This document shows positions 47,489 to 56,890 of a DNA stretch of 64,000 nucleotides, one piece after another. Position numbers and translations under genes: made by a program. Position 1 is the first letter of the stretch. Every line of letters starts with the position of its first letter. The notes beneath the pieces were generated by a model, which did not search any database, was not told where the DNA came from, and saw nothing but the letters and a program-made list of their open reading frames with translations. Origin of the DNA: an uncultured Pseudomonadota bacterium (GTDB taxonomy: Bacteria > Pseudomonadota > Alphaproteobacteria > Acetobacterales > Acetobacteraceae); NCBI GenBank assembly GCA_963795415.1, contig CAWCHQ010000003.1, positions 600,326-664,325 of the forward strand. Reading direction: 5' to 3'.

Positions 47489-48085
47489 ATGGATCCCATG
47501 CTTCTGTCCCTCATCGGCTTTGCCGTAACGATGTACATCACGCCGGGCCCGAACAACGTGATGGTCGCGAGCTCGGCTGCGCATTATGGGATCCCAGCGA
47601 CCCTGCCGCACATGCTGGGGATTGCAATCGGCTTTGCGCTGATGTTCGACATCGTCAGCCTGGGGCTCGGGTCGCTCCTGTTTGCCTGGCCGCCATTGCT
47701 GGCCGTGATGCGCTGGATAGGCGGGGCCTGGATGGCCTGGCTCGCCTGGAAGATTGCGACCGCGCCGCCACCCGGTTCCGGGGAGCGGCGGAGGCTGCTT
47801 GGGTTTTTCGGAGCGGCCGGGTTTCAGTGGGTGAACCCCAAGGCGTGGCTGATCGCGCTCGCAGCGGCGACCACGTTTCTGCGCCCCGATCAGTCTCTCC
47901 GAGAGCAACTGGTGCGGATCACCATAATCTTCCTGATCTGCGGCATGCCGTGCCTGCTCGTGTGGGCGCTGATCGGCAGCGGCGCAGGGCGGCTGTTGCA
48001 CTCGCCGGCACGGTTCCGCGCGTTCAACCTGACAATGGCGGGGCTGCTGCTTTTGTCGGTTATTCCGGTACTGGTTGAAGGTTAA
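47489..48085 (+). CDS. LysE/RhtB-family amino acid exporter
   Basis: 198 aa with ITPGPNNVMV near the N-terminus and six hydrophobic segments. Confidence 0.8.
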   Translation: MDPMLLSLIGFAVTMYITPGPNNVMVASSAAHYGIPATLPHMLGIAIGFALMFDIVSLGLGSLLFAWPPLLAVMRWIGGAWMAWLAWKIATAPPPGSGERRRLLGFFGAAGFQWVNPKAWLIALAAATTFLRPDQSLREQLVRITIIFLICGMPCLLVWALIGSGAGRLLHSPARFRAFNLTMAGLLLLSVIPVLVEG

Positions 48086-48792
48086 GGTTTGACCGCCTCG
48101 TCGGGCAGCAGCCCCCACATGGCGGATCGCGGCAGCCAGCCGCTGTACCCGTTTATCTCCACCCGGCACCATTGGGCCGTGGCGTCACAGGAGCGGATCC
48201 GCCCGATCACTCCGGGCTCGAGCATGGCGACCGCGCGCGAGCTACCGTTCGCCTCTTTGTGCAGCGTTTCACTATGATCTTCGATGATGAAGTCACGACG
48301 CCCGATCAGCGTCGCTTCATGCATCCAGCCTTTTGCGCCATCGGGCGTTTCCACCAGGCGCCAGACGTCGAACTCCCGAAGGATTTCCACTGGCATGCCC
48401 AGACGCTTGTAAACCCAGTCAATGGGATACCGGTCGCCGGGTCCGGAACGCAGGTTCACCGCATCGGCGCGGAGCGAGACGTAGCGCGGGACAGGCAAGC
48501 CGGTCACCGCGCCCTTGTTGGGGTCGTATGCCGGCTTGGCGGCCTCGGCGGCCGGCTTTTGAGAAGGGAGTGCTGCGGCGGCCGGAGGCACGGGCGGAAT
48601 TGGGAGGGAGTGCCGCGAAGCGGCCATGACCGAAGGCTTGCCGGAATGCGTCGATGCGTGTGGCCGGGACACTGGGGCGTGCGCCGGTGGCGAGGATGCC
48701 GGTGGCCGCGCGGGGGCTGGCAGCTCGGCGCGGGCGGTCGTGATGGCGAGCGCAGAAAGGAGCGTCAGCGCGGCGGCGCGCACAAGCGGCAT
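48082..48792 (-). CDS. Secreted bacterial SH3-domain protein (DUF1058-like)
   Basis: Signal peptide, Pro-rich linker, RYVSLRADAVNLRSGPGDRYPIDWVY and a second SH3-like half. Confidence 0.7.
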   Translation of the reverse strand: MPLVRAAALTLLSALAITTARAELPAPARPPASSPPAHAPVSRPHASTHSGKPSVMAASRHSLPIPPVPPAAAALPSQKPAAEAAKPAYDPNKGAVTGLPVPRYVSLRADAVNLRSGPGDRYPIDWVYKRLGMPVEILREFDVWRLVETPDGAKGWMHEATLIGRRDFIIEDHSETLHKEANGSSRAVAMLEPGVIGRIRSCDATAQWCRVEINGYSGWLPRSAMWGLLPDEAVKP

Positions 48793-48833
48793 AGGGAAGT
48801 AGCTGCCAAATCCGCCGGAATCGCGTCAAGCAA

Positions 48834-48902
48834 TATACCCACTTCGTCCGGAACTTGGGTGAGTCTTCGGTTTGCGCCCGGCCGCCCCACCCACCCCGCG
48901 CG
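48834..48902 (-). repeat. REP family A copy
   Basis: TATACCCACTTCGTCCGGAACTTGGGTGAGTCTTCGGTTTGCGCCCGGCCGCCCCACCCACCCCGCGCG. Confidence 0.85.
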
Positions 48903-48905
48903 ATA

Positions 48906-49292
48906 TCAAAGGGCGACGATCTGCCCTGATCCGACCTCGGCCAGAAAGGTTGCGATGCCGGCGACTTCGACGCCCGGCAGGAGACGCGCCGGGTCGAGGT
49001 GCTCAGCCCGCAGACCGGCCTCACAGGCAATCAGGTGGATATTCAGCTCGAGCGCGGCGGATCGCAACTCCTCCAGGCCTGCGACCCCGGCGCCTCGCAC
49101 GCGGCCGTCGCGGGCAGTGTCCTGCAGGCCCGACCAATCCGTCATCAGGGCGTGGCAGCCGAGATTCGTGGCGAACACCACCACATGGCGGCCAAGTGCC
49201 GCGGCCCCGGTGGCCAGGACGAAGGCGGAATGGGCGCGGTCATGGCGGCCGGACTCCAGCAATATTCCGAGCCGGGGCGCTTCAGAGTGCAC
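48906..49292 (-). CDS. DsrE/DsrF-like sulfur-relay family protein
   Basis: 128 aa with ILLESGRHDRAHSAFVLATGAAALG and LIACEAGL (conserved Cys). Overlaps the moeB 3' end by 11 nt. Confidence 0.6.
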   Translation of the reverse strand: MHSEAPRLGILLESGRHDRAHSAFVLATGAAALGRHVVVFATNLGCHALMTDWSGLQDTARDGRVRGAGVAGLEELRSAALELNIHLIACEAGLRAEHLDPARLLPGVEVAGIATFLAEVGSGQIVAL

Positions 49293-50106
49293 AGACTGGC
49301 GCGGCGCTGTCCGCGTGGGCGGAAAGGTCGGTGATTGTCGCGGCAGGTCCGCAGAGCGCGCAATCGCGATTGCGGCGGAGCCTGACCGTGCGGAAGCGGC
49401 TGGCCAGCGCGTCCCAGATGAGCAGGCGGCCGGACATGCTTTCGCCGATGCCGAGGAGCTCTTTCAGGGTCTCGGTGGCCTGAAGCGTCCCCATCACCCC
49501 GGTCACAGCCCCGAAAACGCCTGCCTCGCTGCAGGAGGGGACCAGGCCGGGGGGTGGCGGCTCCGGGTAGAGGCAGCGATAGCAAGGCGCATCCGGATGC
49601 GCGTGAGGCTTGAAGACGGACAGCTGGCCTTCGAAGCGCAGCACGGCGGCGGAAACGAGCGTCCTTCGGGCGAGCACACAGGCGTCGGCTACGAGAAACC
49701 GCGTCGGGAAGTTGTCTGTCCCATCGCAGACGAGATCATACGAGCCGATCAAAGACATGGCATTTTCGGCGGTCAGCCGGGCCGGATGGGTCTCGATACG
49801 GGCATCGGGGTTGATGGCGCGCGCGGCCTCGGCGGCCGAGAGGGCCTTTTGCTGGCCGATCCGGGAAGTGGTGTGTGCGATCTGCCGCTGGAGATTGGAG
49901 AGCTCCAGGCGGTCGTCATCAATGATGCCGATCGTGCCGACACCCGCAGCGGCAAGATAGAGCAGCACCGGGCTGCCAAGTCCCCCGGCACCCACGACGA
50001 GGACACGCGATTCCTTGAGCATTGCCTGACCGGCGCCGCCGACCTCCGGCAGGAGGATATGGCGGGAATAGCGCTGGATTTCTTCTTCGGTGAAGTCGAG
50101 GTCCAT
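49282..50106 (-). CDS. moeB: MoeB/ThiF-family adenylyltransferase (molybdopterin-synthase adenylyltransferase type)
   Basis: Start at MDLDFTEEEIQRYSRHILLPEVGG. VVGAGGLGSP, DDDRLELSNLQRQ, CYRC and CALC zinc motifs. No rhodanese domain. Confidence 0.85.
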   Translation of the reverse strand: MDLDFTEEEIQRYSRHILLPEVGGAGQAMLKESRVLVVGAGGLGSPVLLYLAAAGVGTIGIIDDDRLELSNLQRQIAHTTSRIGQQKALSAAEAARAINPDARIETHPARLTAENAMSLIGSYDLVCDGTDNFPTRFLVADACVLARRTLVSAAVLRFEGQLSVFKPHAHPDAPCYRCLYPEPPPPGLVPSCSEAGVFGAVTGVMGTLQATETLKELLGIGESMSGRLLIWDALASRFRTVRLRRNRDCALCGPAATITDLSAHADSAAPVCAL

Positions 50107-50308
50107 TGGGGGACTATAAATCAAGCGATCGTGCGTGAAAGCGCGCCTGGATTGGAGATGCCGAAACAAAAGGCGGCGCCTATGGCGCCGCCAAGTTTAG
50201 GGAGGAAACGTCGAACACAGCGCCGGCCGAGCCGGAACCGCTGTGGTGCGGGATATGGAGCAGCCCGCTGGTTCTGCAAGTCCCTGGAGCGTGTTCCGGC
50301 ACTCCCGG

Positions 50309-50611
50309 CTATTTACTCTGCTGTGAGGCTGGCGGGCGCAGCACAGGCATCGTGCCCAGCTGATCAGGAGGTGGTGATTTGGCCATTTGCGGATCCACCG
50401 CCGGCGGATGGATGGTTCCGTTGCTCTCGGAGAGCCGCTGACCGAGTGTCTTGTCCTGATTTGTGAGTCCGGCGGACTGGTCCGATTTCGGCTGGGTGAG
50501 AGGTGTTGATACGCCTGGCGCGGCAGCCTGGCTGGGCTGGGATTGGGCGGCGAACCCCAGTGCGGGGACGGCAAACGCAAAGCCGCAGGACAGCGCGAGT
50601 ATTTTCCACAT
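50309..50611 (-). CDS. Small secreted protein, unknown function
   Basis: Internal start MWKILALSCGFAFAVPALGFAAQ in ORF 50309..50767. About 100 aa, low complexity. Confidence 0.4.
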   Translation of the reverse strand: MWKILALSCGFAFAVPALGFAAQSQPSQAAAPGVSTPLTQPKSDQSAGLTNQDKTLGQRLSESNGTIHPPAVDPQMAKSPPPDQLGTMPVLRPPASQQSK

Positions 50612-50785
50612 GGGCCTTCTCCCGACATCGTGTGGTTCGCGCCTGAACGCGAGCGATGGCGCGGGGTTCGGCACGGCCCGGAATGGCGCGAAAACAGGGA
50701 AATTCGCGTCTGCTCGCGATTTTCCGCTCCACTGAGCCATCACGTGCCTGCTATTCCGCGGTGACAATCACCGCGCTGTCCTGAA

Positions 50786-51646
50786 TTGATGAAGCCCGGA
50801 TACGTGACGCCGCTTCTGCTGGGGCTACTTGCGGCCTGCGCCGGCCCGGCGGCGAAAGGGCCGCCCACGACTGGGGCGGCGCCGGTAATTCCGCCCCCGG
50901 CGGTGCGCGATCCGCCTTTCGCGGTGGTTCCCTACGAGCCGATCTCCCGCGAAGCGGTGGTGGCGATCGCATCGCGGGAATGGCGGCTGTTCGGGCAGCT
51001 GGTGGACGATGACCCGCCCGGGACGCGGCCGCCGCCGTTGCCAGAGGACAAACCGGAGCGCCAGGAGGGACTTTGGCAGCGCGTGGGCGAATATTGGTGG
51101 ATCGGGATGGACGACGGCACCCCGGAAGCTGCGTGGACCGGCAAGCATGACGCGACGGGACAAATCTTTGCGGCGGATAGGGATGGCTTTTATGCGTGGT
51201 CAGCGGCGTTCATTTCGTACGTAATGCGGATTGCCGGGGCCGGGACTCGTTTTCCGTACGCCGAGGCGCATTCCACCTACATCGACGTCGCGAAGGACAT
51301 GGCGACGGGTGCGACCTCCGGCTGGATCGTCACCGCCGAACGGCCGAGTCTGTACGCACCGCAGCTGGGTGACCTGATCTGCGAAGCGCGCGGGCGATAT
51401 GGCGGCCTGACCTATGATGATCTGCCGGCGGGGCAGTTTCCGTCACACTGCGACTTCGTCGTGGCGGTGGCTCCCGGCCAGATCTCGGTGATTGGCGGTA
51501 ATGTGGATGACGCAGTCACGATGAAGCATGTACCGGTGACCGCGGACGGGAAGCTGGCGACCCCGGAGGGGATCGTGCTGGACACCCGCTATCCGTGGAT
51601 GGTGGTGCTGCGGGTTCTGTATCCGGCTGCAGCGCCGATTTCCTGA
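50786..51646 (+). CDS. DUF2272-family lipoprotein
   Basis: Lipobox LLAAC. WSAAFISYVMRIAG and ISVIGGNVDDAVTMKHV are typical of DUF2272. Confidence 0.65.
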   Translation: MMKPGYVTPLLLGLLAACAGPAAKGPPTTGAAPVIPPPAVRDPPFAVVPYEPISREAVVAIASREWRLFGQLVDDDPPGTRPPPLPEDKPERQEGLWQRVGEYWWIGMDDGTPEAAWTGKHDATGQIFAADRDGFYAWSAAFISYVMRIAGAGTRFPYAEAHSTYIDVAKDMATGATSGWIVTAERPSLYAPQLGDLICEARGRYGGLTYDDLPAGQFPSHCDFVVAVAPGQISVIGGNVDDAVTMKHVPVTADGKLATPEGIVLDTRYPWMVVLRVLYPAAAPIS

Positions 51647-51677
51647 ACCGGCCACGCCGGCCCGGCGTTGGCGCTGG

Positions 51678-52520
51678 ATGGATGGCAACGAAACCCCCGC
51701 GCAGATGCTGGACGAATCGGAGCAGGAGCAGGCGGCAGGGGTAGCGTCGCTGCGGCCGCACGTTATCCATGAGGTGGTGCGGGAGGAAGGCGAGGTTGAA
51801 ATCCGGCGGAGCTTCCAGGCTCTGGGCTGGTCAGGCTTCGCTGCCGGCGGCTCGATGGGTTTTTCGTTCCTGGGGATGGCATTCCTGCGGGCGGGGCTGC
51901 CGGAGGCGCCCTGGCGACACCTGGTGGAAAGCTTCGGCTACAGCCTGGGTTTCGTGATCGTGATACTGGGCCGCCAGCAGCTCTATACCGAGAGCACATT
52001 GACGGCGGTCCTGCCGGTGCTGACCAATCCAGGCGTGGCGGCGGTCTGGCGCACTCTGCGGCTGTGGCTGATCGTGCTTATTACGAATCTGATTGGTACG
52101 TTCCTGTTCGCCGCGCTGATCACCGCTGAGCCGATCTTCAATCCCGAGATCCGGCGCGCGCTGCTGGAGATCGCGAAGGAAGGGGTAAGCGGCACCTTCG
52201 GACCGACGCTGCTGGGGGCGATTTTTGCCGGATGGCTGATCGCGCTGATGGTGTGGTTGCTGCCCAATGCCCGCGCAGCCCGGCTTTGGATAATAATCCT
52301 GCTGACCTACACGGTGAGCCTGGGGCATTTTTCGCACATCGTTGCGGGATCAACGGACGCGATTTTCGCTGTATTTACGAGAGAAGCGTCTTTCGGCGAC
52401 TATCTCTGGCGTTTTCTTTGCCCGACATTACTGGGGAACACGATTGGCGGGGTTTCGTTGGTGGCGCTGCTGAACCATGCGCCGGTTGCGGGGGAGCTGA
52501 GGGAGCAGGAGCGGCAGTGA
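51678..52520 (+). CDS. Formate/nitrite transporter (FNT) family protein
   Basis: 280 aa, six TM segments, with LGRQQLYTESTL and LGHFSHIVAGS motifs. Confidence 0.75.
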   Translation: MDGNETPAQMLDESEQEQAAGVASLRPHVIHEVVREEGEVEIRRSFQALGWSGFAAGGSMGFSFLGMAFLRAGLPEAPWRHLVESFGYSLGFVIVILGRQQLYTESTLTAVLPVLTNPGVAAVWRTLRLWLIVLITNLIGTFLFAALITAEPIFNPEIRRALLEIAKEGVSGTFGPTLLGAIFAGWLIALMVWLLPNARAARLWIIILLTYTVSLGHFSHIVAGSTDAIFAVFTREASFGDYLWRFLCPTLLGNTIGGVSLVALLNHAPVAGELREQERQ

Positions 52521-52574
52521 GCTGCAGACCACCTTCGCCGCCGTGAGAGTTAGGTTGTTCCCAAAGAACAAGGG

Positions 52575-53570
52575 TCATGGGACCAGCACCGCGGCGCCGC
52601 TGAACTGGCCACCGCGGAGGGCCTCGAGAGCCTGGTTGGCTTCGGCAAGCGGAAAGCGGGAAGTCGTGGTAGTGACAGGCACTTGCGGGGCCAGGGCGAG
52701 GAATTCCTCGGCGTCCCGGCGGGTGAGATTGGCGACGGAGCGGACGACCCGCTCCTTCCAAAGCCAGTCGTAGGGAAACGCGGGGATGTCGCTCATGTGG
52801 ATGCCGCCGCAGACGACGGTGCCGCCGGGACGGACAGCCCGGAGTGCGGCGGGCACCAGGGCCCCCACGGGGGCGAAGATGATGGCGGCATCAAGCGGTT
52901 CGGGCGGGGCATCCTCGGAGGCGCCAGCCCAGACGGCACCCAGCCGGCGGGCGAAATCCTGTGCGGCGGTATCATTCGCGCGGGTGAAAGCGTAGATCTC
53001 GCGGCCCTGGTGACGGGCCACCTGGGTGATGATGTGGGCAGCGGCGCCGAAGCCGTAGAGGCCGAGGCGGCGCGGATCGCCGGCCATGCGCAGGCAGCGA
53101 TAGCCGATCAGCCCGGCACAGAGCAGCGGAGCGGCTTCGGTGTCTGAGTAAGCATCCGGGATCGGAAAGCAGAAGCGCTCATCGGCGACGGTGTACTGGG
53201 CGTAGCCACCATCGATCTGGTAGCCGGTGAAGCGGGCACGTTCGCAGAGATTTTCCCGTCCGGAACGGCAGTATTGGCACTCGCCACAGGTCCACCCGAG
53301 CCACGGTACGCCGACCCGCTCGCCGGGCTTATGGCGGTTAGCGGCAGAGCCGGTGGCAATGACCCGGCCGACGATCTCATGGCCGAGAATGAGGGGAAGT
53401 TTGGGCTCGGGGAGCTCTCCATCGGCCACATGGAGGTCGGTGCGGCAGACCGCGCAGGCGCAGACCCGGATCAACACCTGGCTCGGACCGGGATGGGGAT
53501 CGGGGACTTCCTCGGCGGTCAGGGGGGTGCGAGGCTGCCGGAGCCGCATGGCGTGCATAGGTACATTCAT
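52575..53570 (-). CDS. Zinc-dependent alcohol dehydrogenase family protein
   Basis: Internal start (MNVPMHAMRL) in ORF 52575..53801. CAVCRTDLH, GHEIVG, CGECQYCRSGRENLC and YGFGAAAH. Confidence 0.85.
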   Translation of the reverse strand: MNVPMHAMRLRQPRTPLTAEEVPDPHPGPSQVLIRVCACAVCRTDLHVADGELPEPKLPLILGHEIVGRVIATGSAANRHKPGERVGVPWLGWTCGECQYCRSGRENLCERARFTGYQIDGGYAQYTVADERFCFPIPDAYSDTEAAPLLCAGLIGYRCLRMAGDPRRLGLYGFGAAAHIITQVARHQGREIYAFTRANDTAAQDFARRLGAVWAGASEDAPPEPLDAAIIFAPVGALVPAALRAVRPGGTVVCGGIHMSDIPAFPYDWLWKERVVRSVANLTRRDAEEFLALAPQVPVTTTTSRFPLAEANQALEALRGGQFSGAAVLVP

Positions 53571-53858
53571 GAGAACGCGCGGAGGGTTGCTGCGCAAGCG
53601 GCTGTGGGGCGGGAAGTGCCCTCCGTGCCATAGCTCAGTCAGCACTGGCGCGTGGCTCGCCTGTTGCTTTCCTACCGCCCTCAATCCACGCAGCCAGCAC
53701 GGGGCGAGCGACGTGGAATATCGCACTTCATCGTAGATGGCGTCGACAGGCACATGGCATTTTTGCAAAGCGACAATGTGTCTGTTGATTGAACGAAGCA
53801 TGGGCTACCGTCGGATCGCCGAATGCGCGTCCACCGAAACGGCGGTTGATCTTCAGAG

Positions 53859-54563
53859 TTAAAGTGCTGCCAGAAGAGTGGCGGAATCGGATACCCAGCC
53901 AAACACTGCCTGAATTGTAAGCAGTGATGCCTCATGCGTTCCGAACGGCGAGTCCGGAAACGTTGGCTGTCCGGTGCAGTCCTCCAGCAGGAGGCAGACG
54001 TAATCGCGGAACATTGCATCCCGAATCGTCGATTCCACGCACACGCTCGTGGTGCATCCGGTGACGATGAGGTTGCGCGTGCCCAAGGCCCGAAGCTGGT
54101 GGTCCAGATCGGTCTCGAAGAAACCACTGTAGCGGTGCTTGGACACGACGATGTCCCCGGGCTGCGGCGCGAGTTCCGGCAAGATGTCGGTATTCCACGT
54201 CCCGTCGATCAGGATACGACTTGGCTGTCCGTCCGGCGCGGTCACCGATCCACTCACCCCCAACCGCCGGTGGCGGAACCAATGCGGTGAATCCTCGCCA
54301 CCCGTATCCGAGAGGTCGGGTCGGTGCGCCATCTTCAGATACACGACCCGCACGTCCGCCGCCCGGGCCGCGGACACGACACGTTGCGTCGGTGGGACGG
54401 CTTGCTGGATGGCGGACAGGTCAATCCCTACCCGGTGGAACATCCCACCCGGCGCCCCGAAATCGTTTTGCATATCGATGACCAGCACGGCGCTGTGCGC
54501 TAAATCGATGGTCACCGGCGCAGGGCGCGCTGGGACGGACACTATCCGGCCTGAAACGGCCAT
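53859..54563 (-). CDS. Isochorismatase-family cysteine hydrolase
   Basis: Start at MAVSGRIV. VLVIDMQNDF, KHRYSGFF and VTGCTTSVCVEST. Confidence 0.8.
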   Translation of the reverse strand: MAVSGRIVSVPARPAPVTIDLAHSAVLVIDMQNDFGAPGGMFHRVGIDLSAIQQAVPPTQRVVSAARAADVRVVYLKMAHRPDLSDTGGEDSPHWFRHRRLGVSGSVTAPDGQPSRILIDGTWNTDILPELAPQPGDIVVSKHRYSGFFETDLDHQLRALGTRNLIVTGCTTSVCVESTIRDAMFRDYVCLLLEDCTGQPTFPDSPFGTHEASLLTIQAVFGWVSDSATLLAAL

Positions 54564-54741
54564 CGCGACCTCCTCATGACAGTGTTCGCCTTCCCCCTGA
54601 GCGTGGTGCGGCACTCCGCACATTGTCTTTGGGCAATTCTGCCCTCTTACGATGCCCAAAGCAACGAACTGCCCGAAGCCATCCGCCCGGACGTGAATAA
54701 AATCCGCTCCAGGATTCGACAGTTCCGCCAGGCCGTCGCCA

Positions 54742-55486
54742 TCATGCCGGTTCTAAACAGCCTCCATGCCAGGCATTTTGATGATCAGATAGCCAGGCGA
54801 GAATGGCCGCCTCAACCTCACGCGGTCGTTCCATTTGCATGCAATGACCAGCCCCAGCGATTTCGACCAGCCGCACTTGATCGCCGAGCTCGTCCCTTAA
54901 CGAGAAGACGTTGGGCGCCGGGGTGACGCCGTCCTCCGCTCCGTAGAGGACGAGCATCGGTCTTCTCCCTGCCGCGATGTAGTCCTCAAACGTCTTTTGG
55001 CTCCATGCCTTCGCGAGGGCTGACATGTTCGGCCACCACCCCGTGCGGAACGGGCGCGAATTGTTGCCTGGAGCGACCAGCCCGCACTCGAATATCAGCC
55101 GGTCCATTTCGCTCGCTGAGATCGTGCCCGCCAGTGCCCGTGTAATAGCCCCCACCAATTAGCGTGTGATCGATGGAAACAACCGGACGACCGCTGCCGG
55201 CCAACACGATTACGGTCCTGATTGTGTCGGGATGACAGGTCGCAAAATAGCGCGCCAGCCGACTGCCCAGGGCGGGACCGAGGATGTGGAAGCGCCCAAG
55301 CCCGACCGCCCATGCAACAGCTTCGATATCCTCGACCATCATATCCACCGTAAGCTGATCGAAAGGACCGGAGCTACCTTCGGCGCCGTGTATCTTGATC
55401 GCGACCGCCTGATATCCGGCAGCCGCCAGCGCGCGCATCAGCTCGGCAAAGTCGGATACCCCGCGTGAATGCCCGGCGAGCATCAC
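54742..55486 (-). pseudogene. Alpha/beta hydrolase, frame break at the C5 run 55149-55153; N-terminal start unclear
   Basis: ORF 54986..55486 (VVMLAGHSRG..HILGPALGSRLA) plus ORF 54742..55158 (..LVLYGAEDGV..GAGHCMQMERP). One fewer G on the coding strand joins the two. Confidence 0.7.
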
Positions 55487-55757
55487 GACAGCCGGGCCAT
55501 CGCCAGCGACTTTAGTCTCGATGACGGCATCGCCAGATGCTACGTCTATGGACCTGACTGCATTGTTATCGGCGAACGTCAGACATTTCCTCCAACGGAG
55601 GGATCATCGGTATTTCAGCTGCACATTGAGAGGGTGGCGACCCCTGTGTGCAGAGCCTACAACGATGTCTCTACCATTCTTTGGGCAAGCTTGAGCGGCA
55701 GCAGCGGACGCGGCACAGAGGTTGTTATGAAACTCGCGAGACGGAGGCACAAGCATT

Positions 55758-56138
55758 ATGCAAAACCTGGTCAGAGTCTGGAAGCTGGTCGATGCGCGAG
55801 CTTTCGATAATTCCGTAATGCCTTGCCGCCTCCGGTTGGTCCACGGCCCATGGGTTTGGTGGTGTTCGAGGCGGAGCGAATGATGGGCGTGATGTGCGAC
55901 GGCGGGGTACCTGGCGCGGCTGATGCTACACAGCCTTTCTCCTTAGCCCATACGGGCTCGTACACCTTTGACGGCCTGAAAGTGGTAACAAAAGCCGACC
56001 GCGCTTCCAGTCCGGAGCTCCTGGTCGAGCAGGGTGCGCGAGGTCAGGTTTGAACACGCCGACCGTGTTGTAATGGTGCCTGTGGCGGGCGTGCCCGGCA
56101 AAAGCGGGACCGAAGTCGTTTGGGAGCGATTGCGGTAG
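55758..56138 (+). pseudogene. Lipocalin-like domain protein, 2 frame breaks
   Basis: My translation across three frames: MQNLVRVWKLVDARAFDNS / NALPPPVGPRPMGLVVFEAERMMGVM..AHTGSYTFDGLKVVTKADRASSPELLVEQ / REVRFEHADRVVMVPVAGVPGKSGTEVVWERLR*. Breaks at about 55815 and at GGG 56032-34. Confidence 0.5.
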
Positions 56139-56175
56139 TCGCCGGCCTGCGGGTCGAAGGTTTCGGCCAAGCGGC

Positions 56176-56578
56176 TTACCCGGCAGGCACGATATCGGTT
56201 TTCGTGAAATCGTTGCTATTGAACAGCAGCTTTGCCCGGTTCGTCCTGGCGCAGGCGTACGCGAAGCAATCTCCCATGTTCAGGGCCGCCGGATGCCTGC
56301 CTTTGCCATACTGAGCATACGCGTCCACGGCGACCTCGAACTCCTGCTCGCCGATAGGAACGAATTGGAAATTGCCAGTCTCGAGGATGCGGCCGACATG
56401 CGCGGGCAGCTTGTATGGAAACTGTATAACTGCGGCAGAGACCCGCGATTGTTTCCCCAACCGAAAGCGCGGAGCAGAGGCGCGGGTGCTCCGATTACAA
56501 AAGATCGGCTACAGAGCGCGCCTCCGGCTCATCGGCGATCACGGCGGTCAGCGCCGATGCATCTACGAACACCGTCAC
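56176..56578 (-). pseudogene. vapC: PIN-domain toxin VapC with an in-frame TAA (56495-56497) and a frame break near 56398
   Basis: VTVFVDASALTAVIADEPEARSVADLL*SEHPRLCSALSVGETIAGLCRSY, then VGRILETGNFQFVPIGEQEFEVAVDAYAQYGKGRHPAALNMGDCFAYACA. The GTG start overlaps the vapB stop. Confidence 0.7.
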
Positions 56579-56814
56579 AATTGTCCGGACAGCTCGTCAA
56601 AAAACGCCTTGTCGGCGGCATGGCCGGTCGGGGGAGGGAGGGGGTGGGCGCGGCGCAAAGCAGCGAAGCGCTCGCGCAGCGGAACGGCTCCGGCGATACG
56701 ATCAAGCTCCGCCTGCACTGCCATTCGTACGGCATCCTGTTGTGAGACGCCGCGCTGCTTGGCGAGCTCCGTGACCAGACGGGCTGTCGTGTCGTCCTTG
56801 ATGTAGAGCGGCAT
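56575..56814 (-). CDS. vapB: VapB/FitA-type antitoxin
   Basis: MPLYIKDDTTARLVTELAKQRGVSQQDAVRMAVQAEL. Lies directly upstream of vapC. Confidence 0.7.
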   Translation of the reverse strand: MPLYIKDDTTARLVTELAKQRGVSQQDAVRMAVQAELDRIAGAVPLRERFAALRRAHPLPPPTGHAADKAFFDELSGQL

Positions 56815-56890
56815 CCTATGTGCTTTCGGGATATCCAAAGTCTTCAAATTGGATATTCAGGGATCCCCGAAATGCAACCCCTGATGCGGA

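Noticed and set aside
48172-50466. 764-aa plus-strand ORF and other long ORFs antisense to real genes (162..2006, 6708..8132, 26468..28608, 29530..30210, 56972..58006, 59217..60104, 62856..63795)
   Set aside because: These are shadow ORFs typical of high-GC DNA. Their translations are Arg/Gly/Ala/Pro-rich with no motifs, and the opposite strand encodes well-conserved proteins.
50698-50725. Imperfect palindrome GGAAATTCGCG-N6-CGCGATTTTCC between the small secreted gene and the DUF2272 gene as an operator
   Set aside because: It is a single occurrence with one mismatch and both flanking genes are of unknown function. That is too little to call it a regulatory site.
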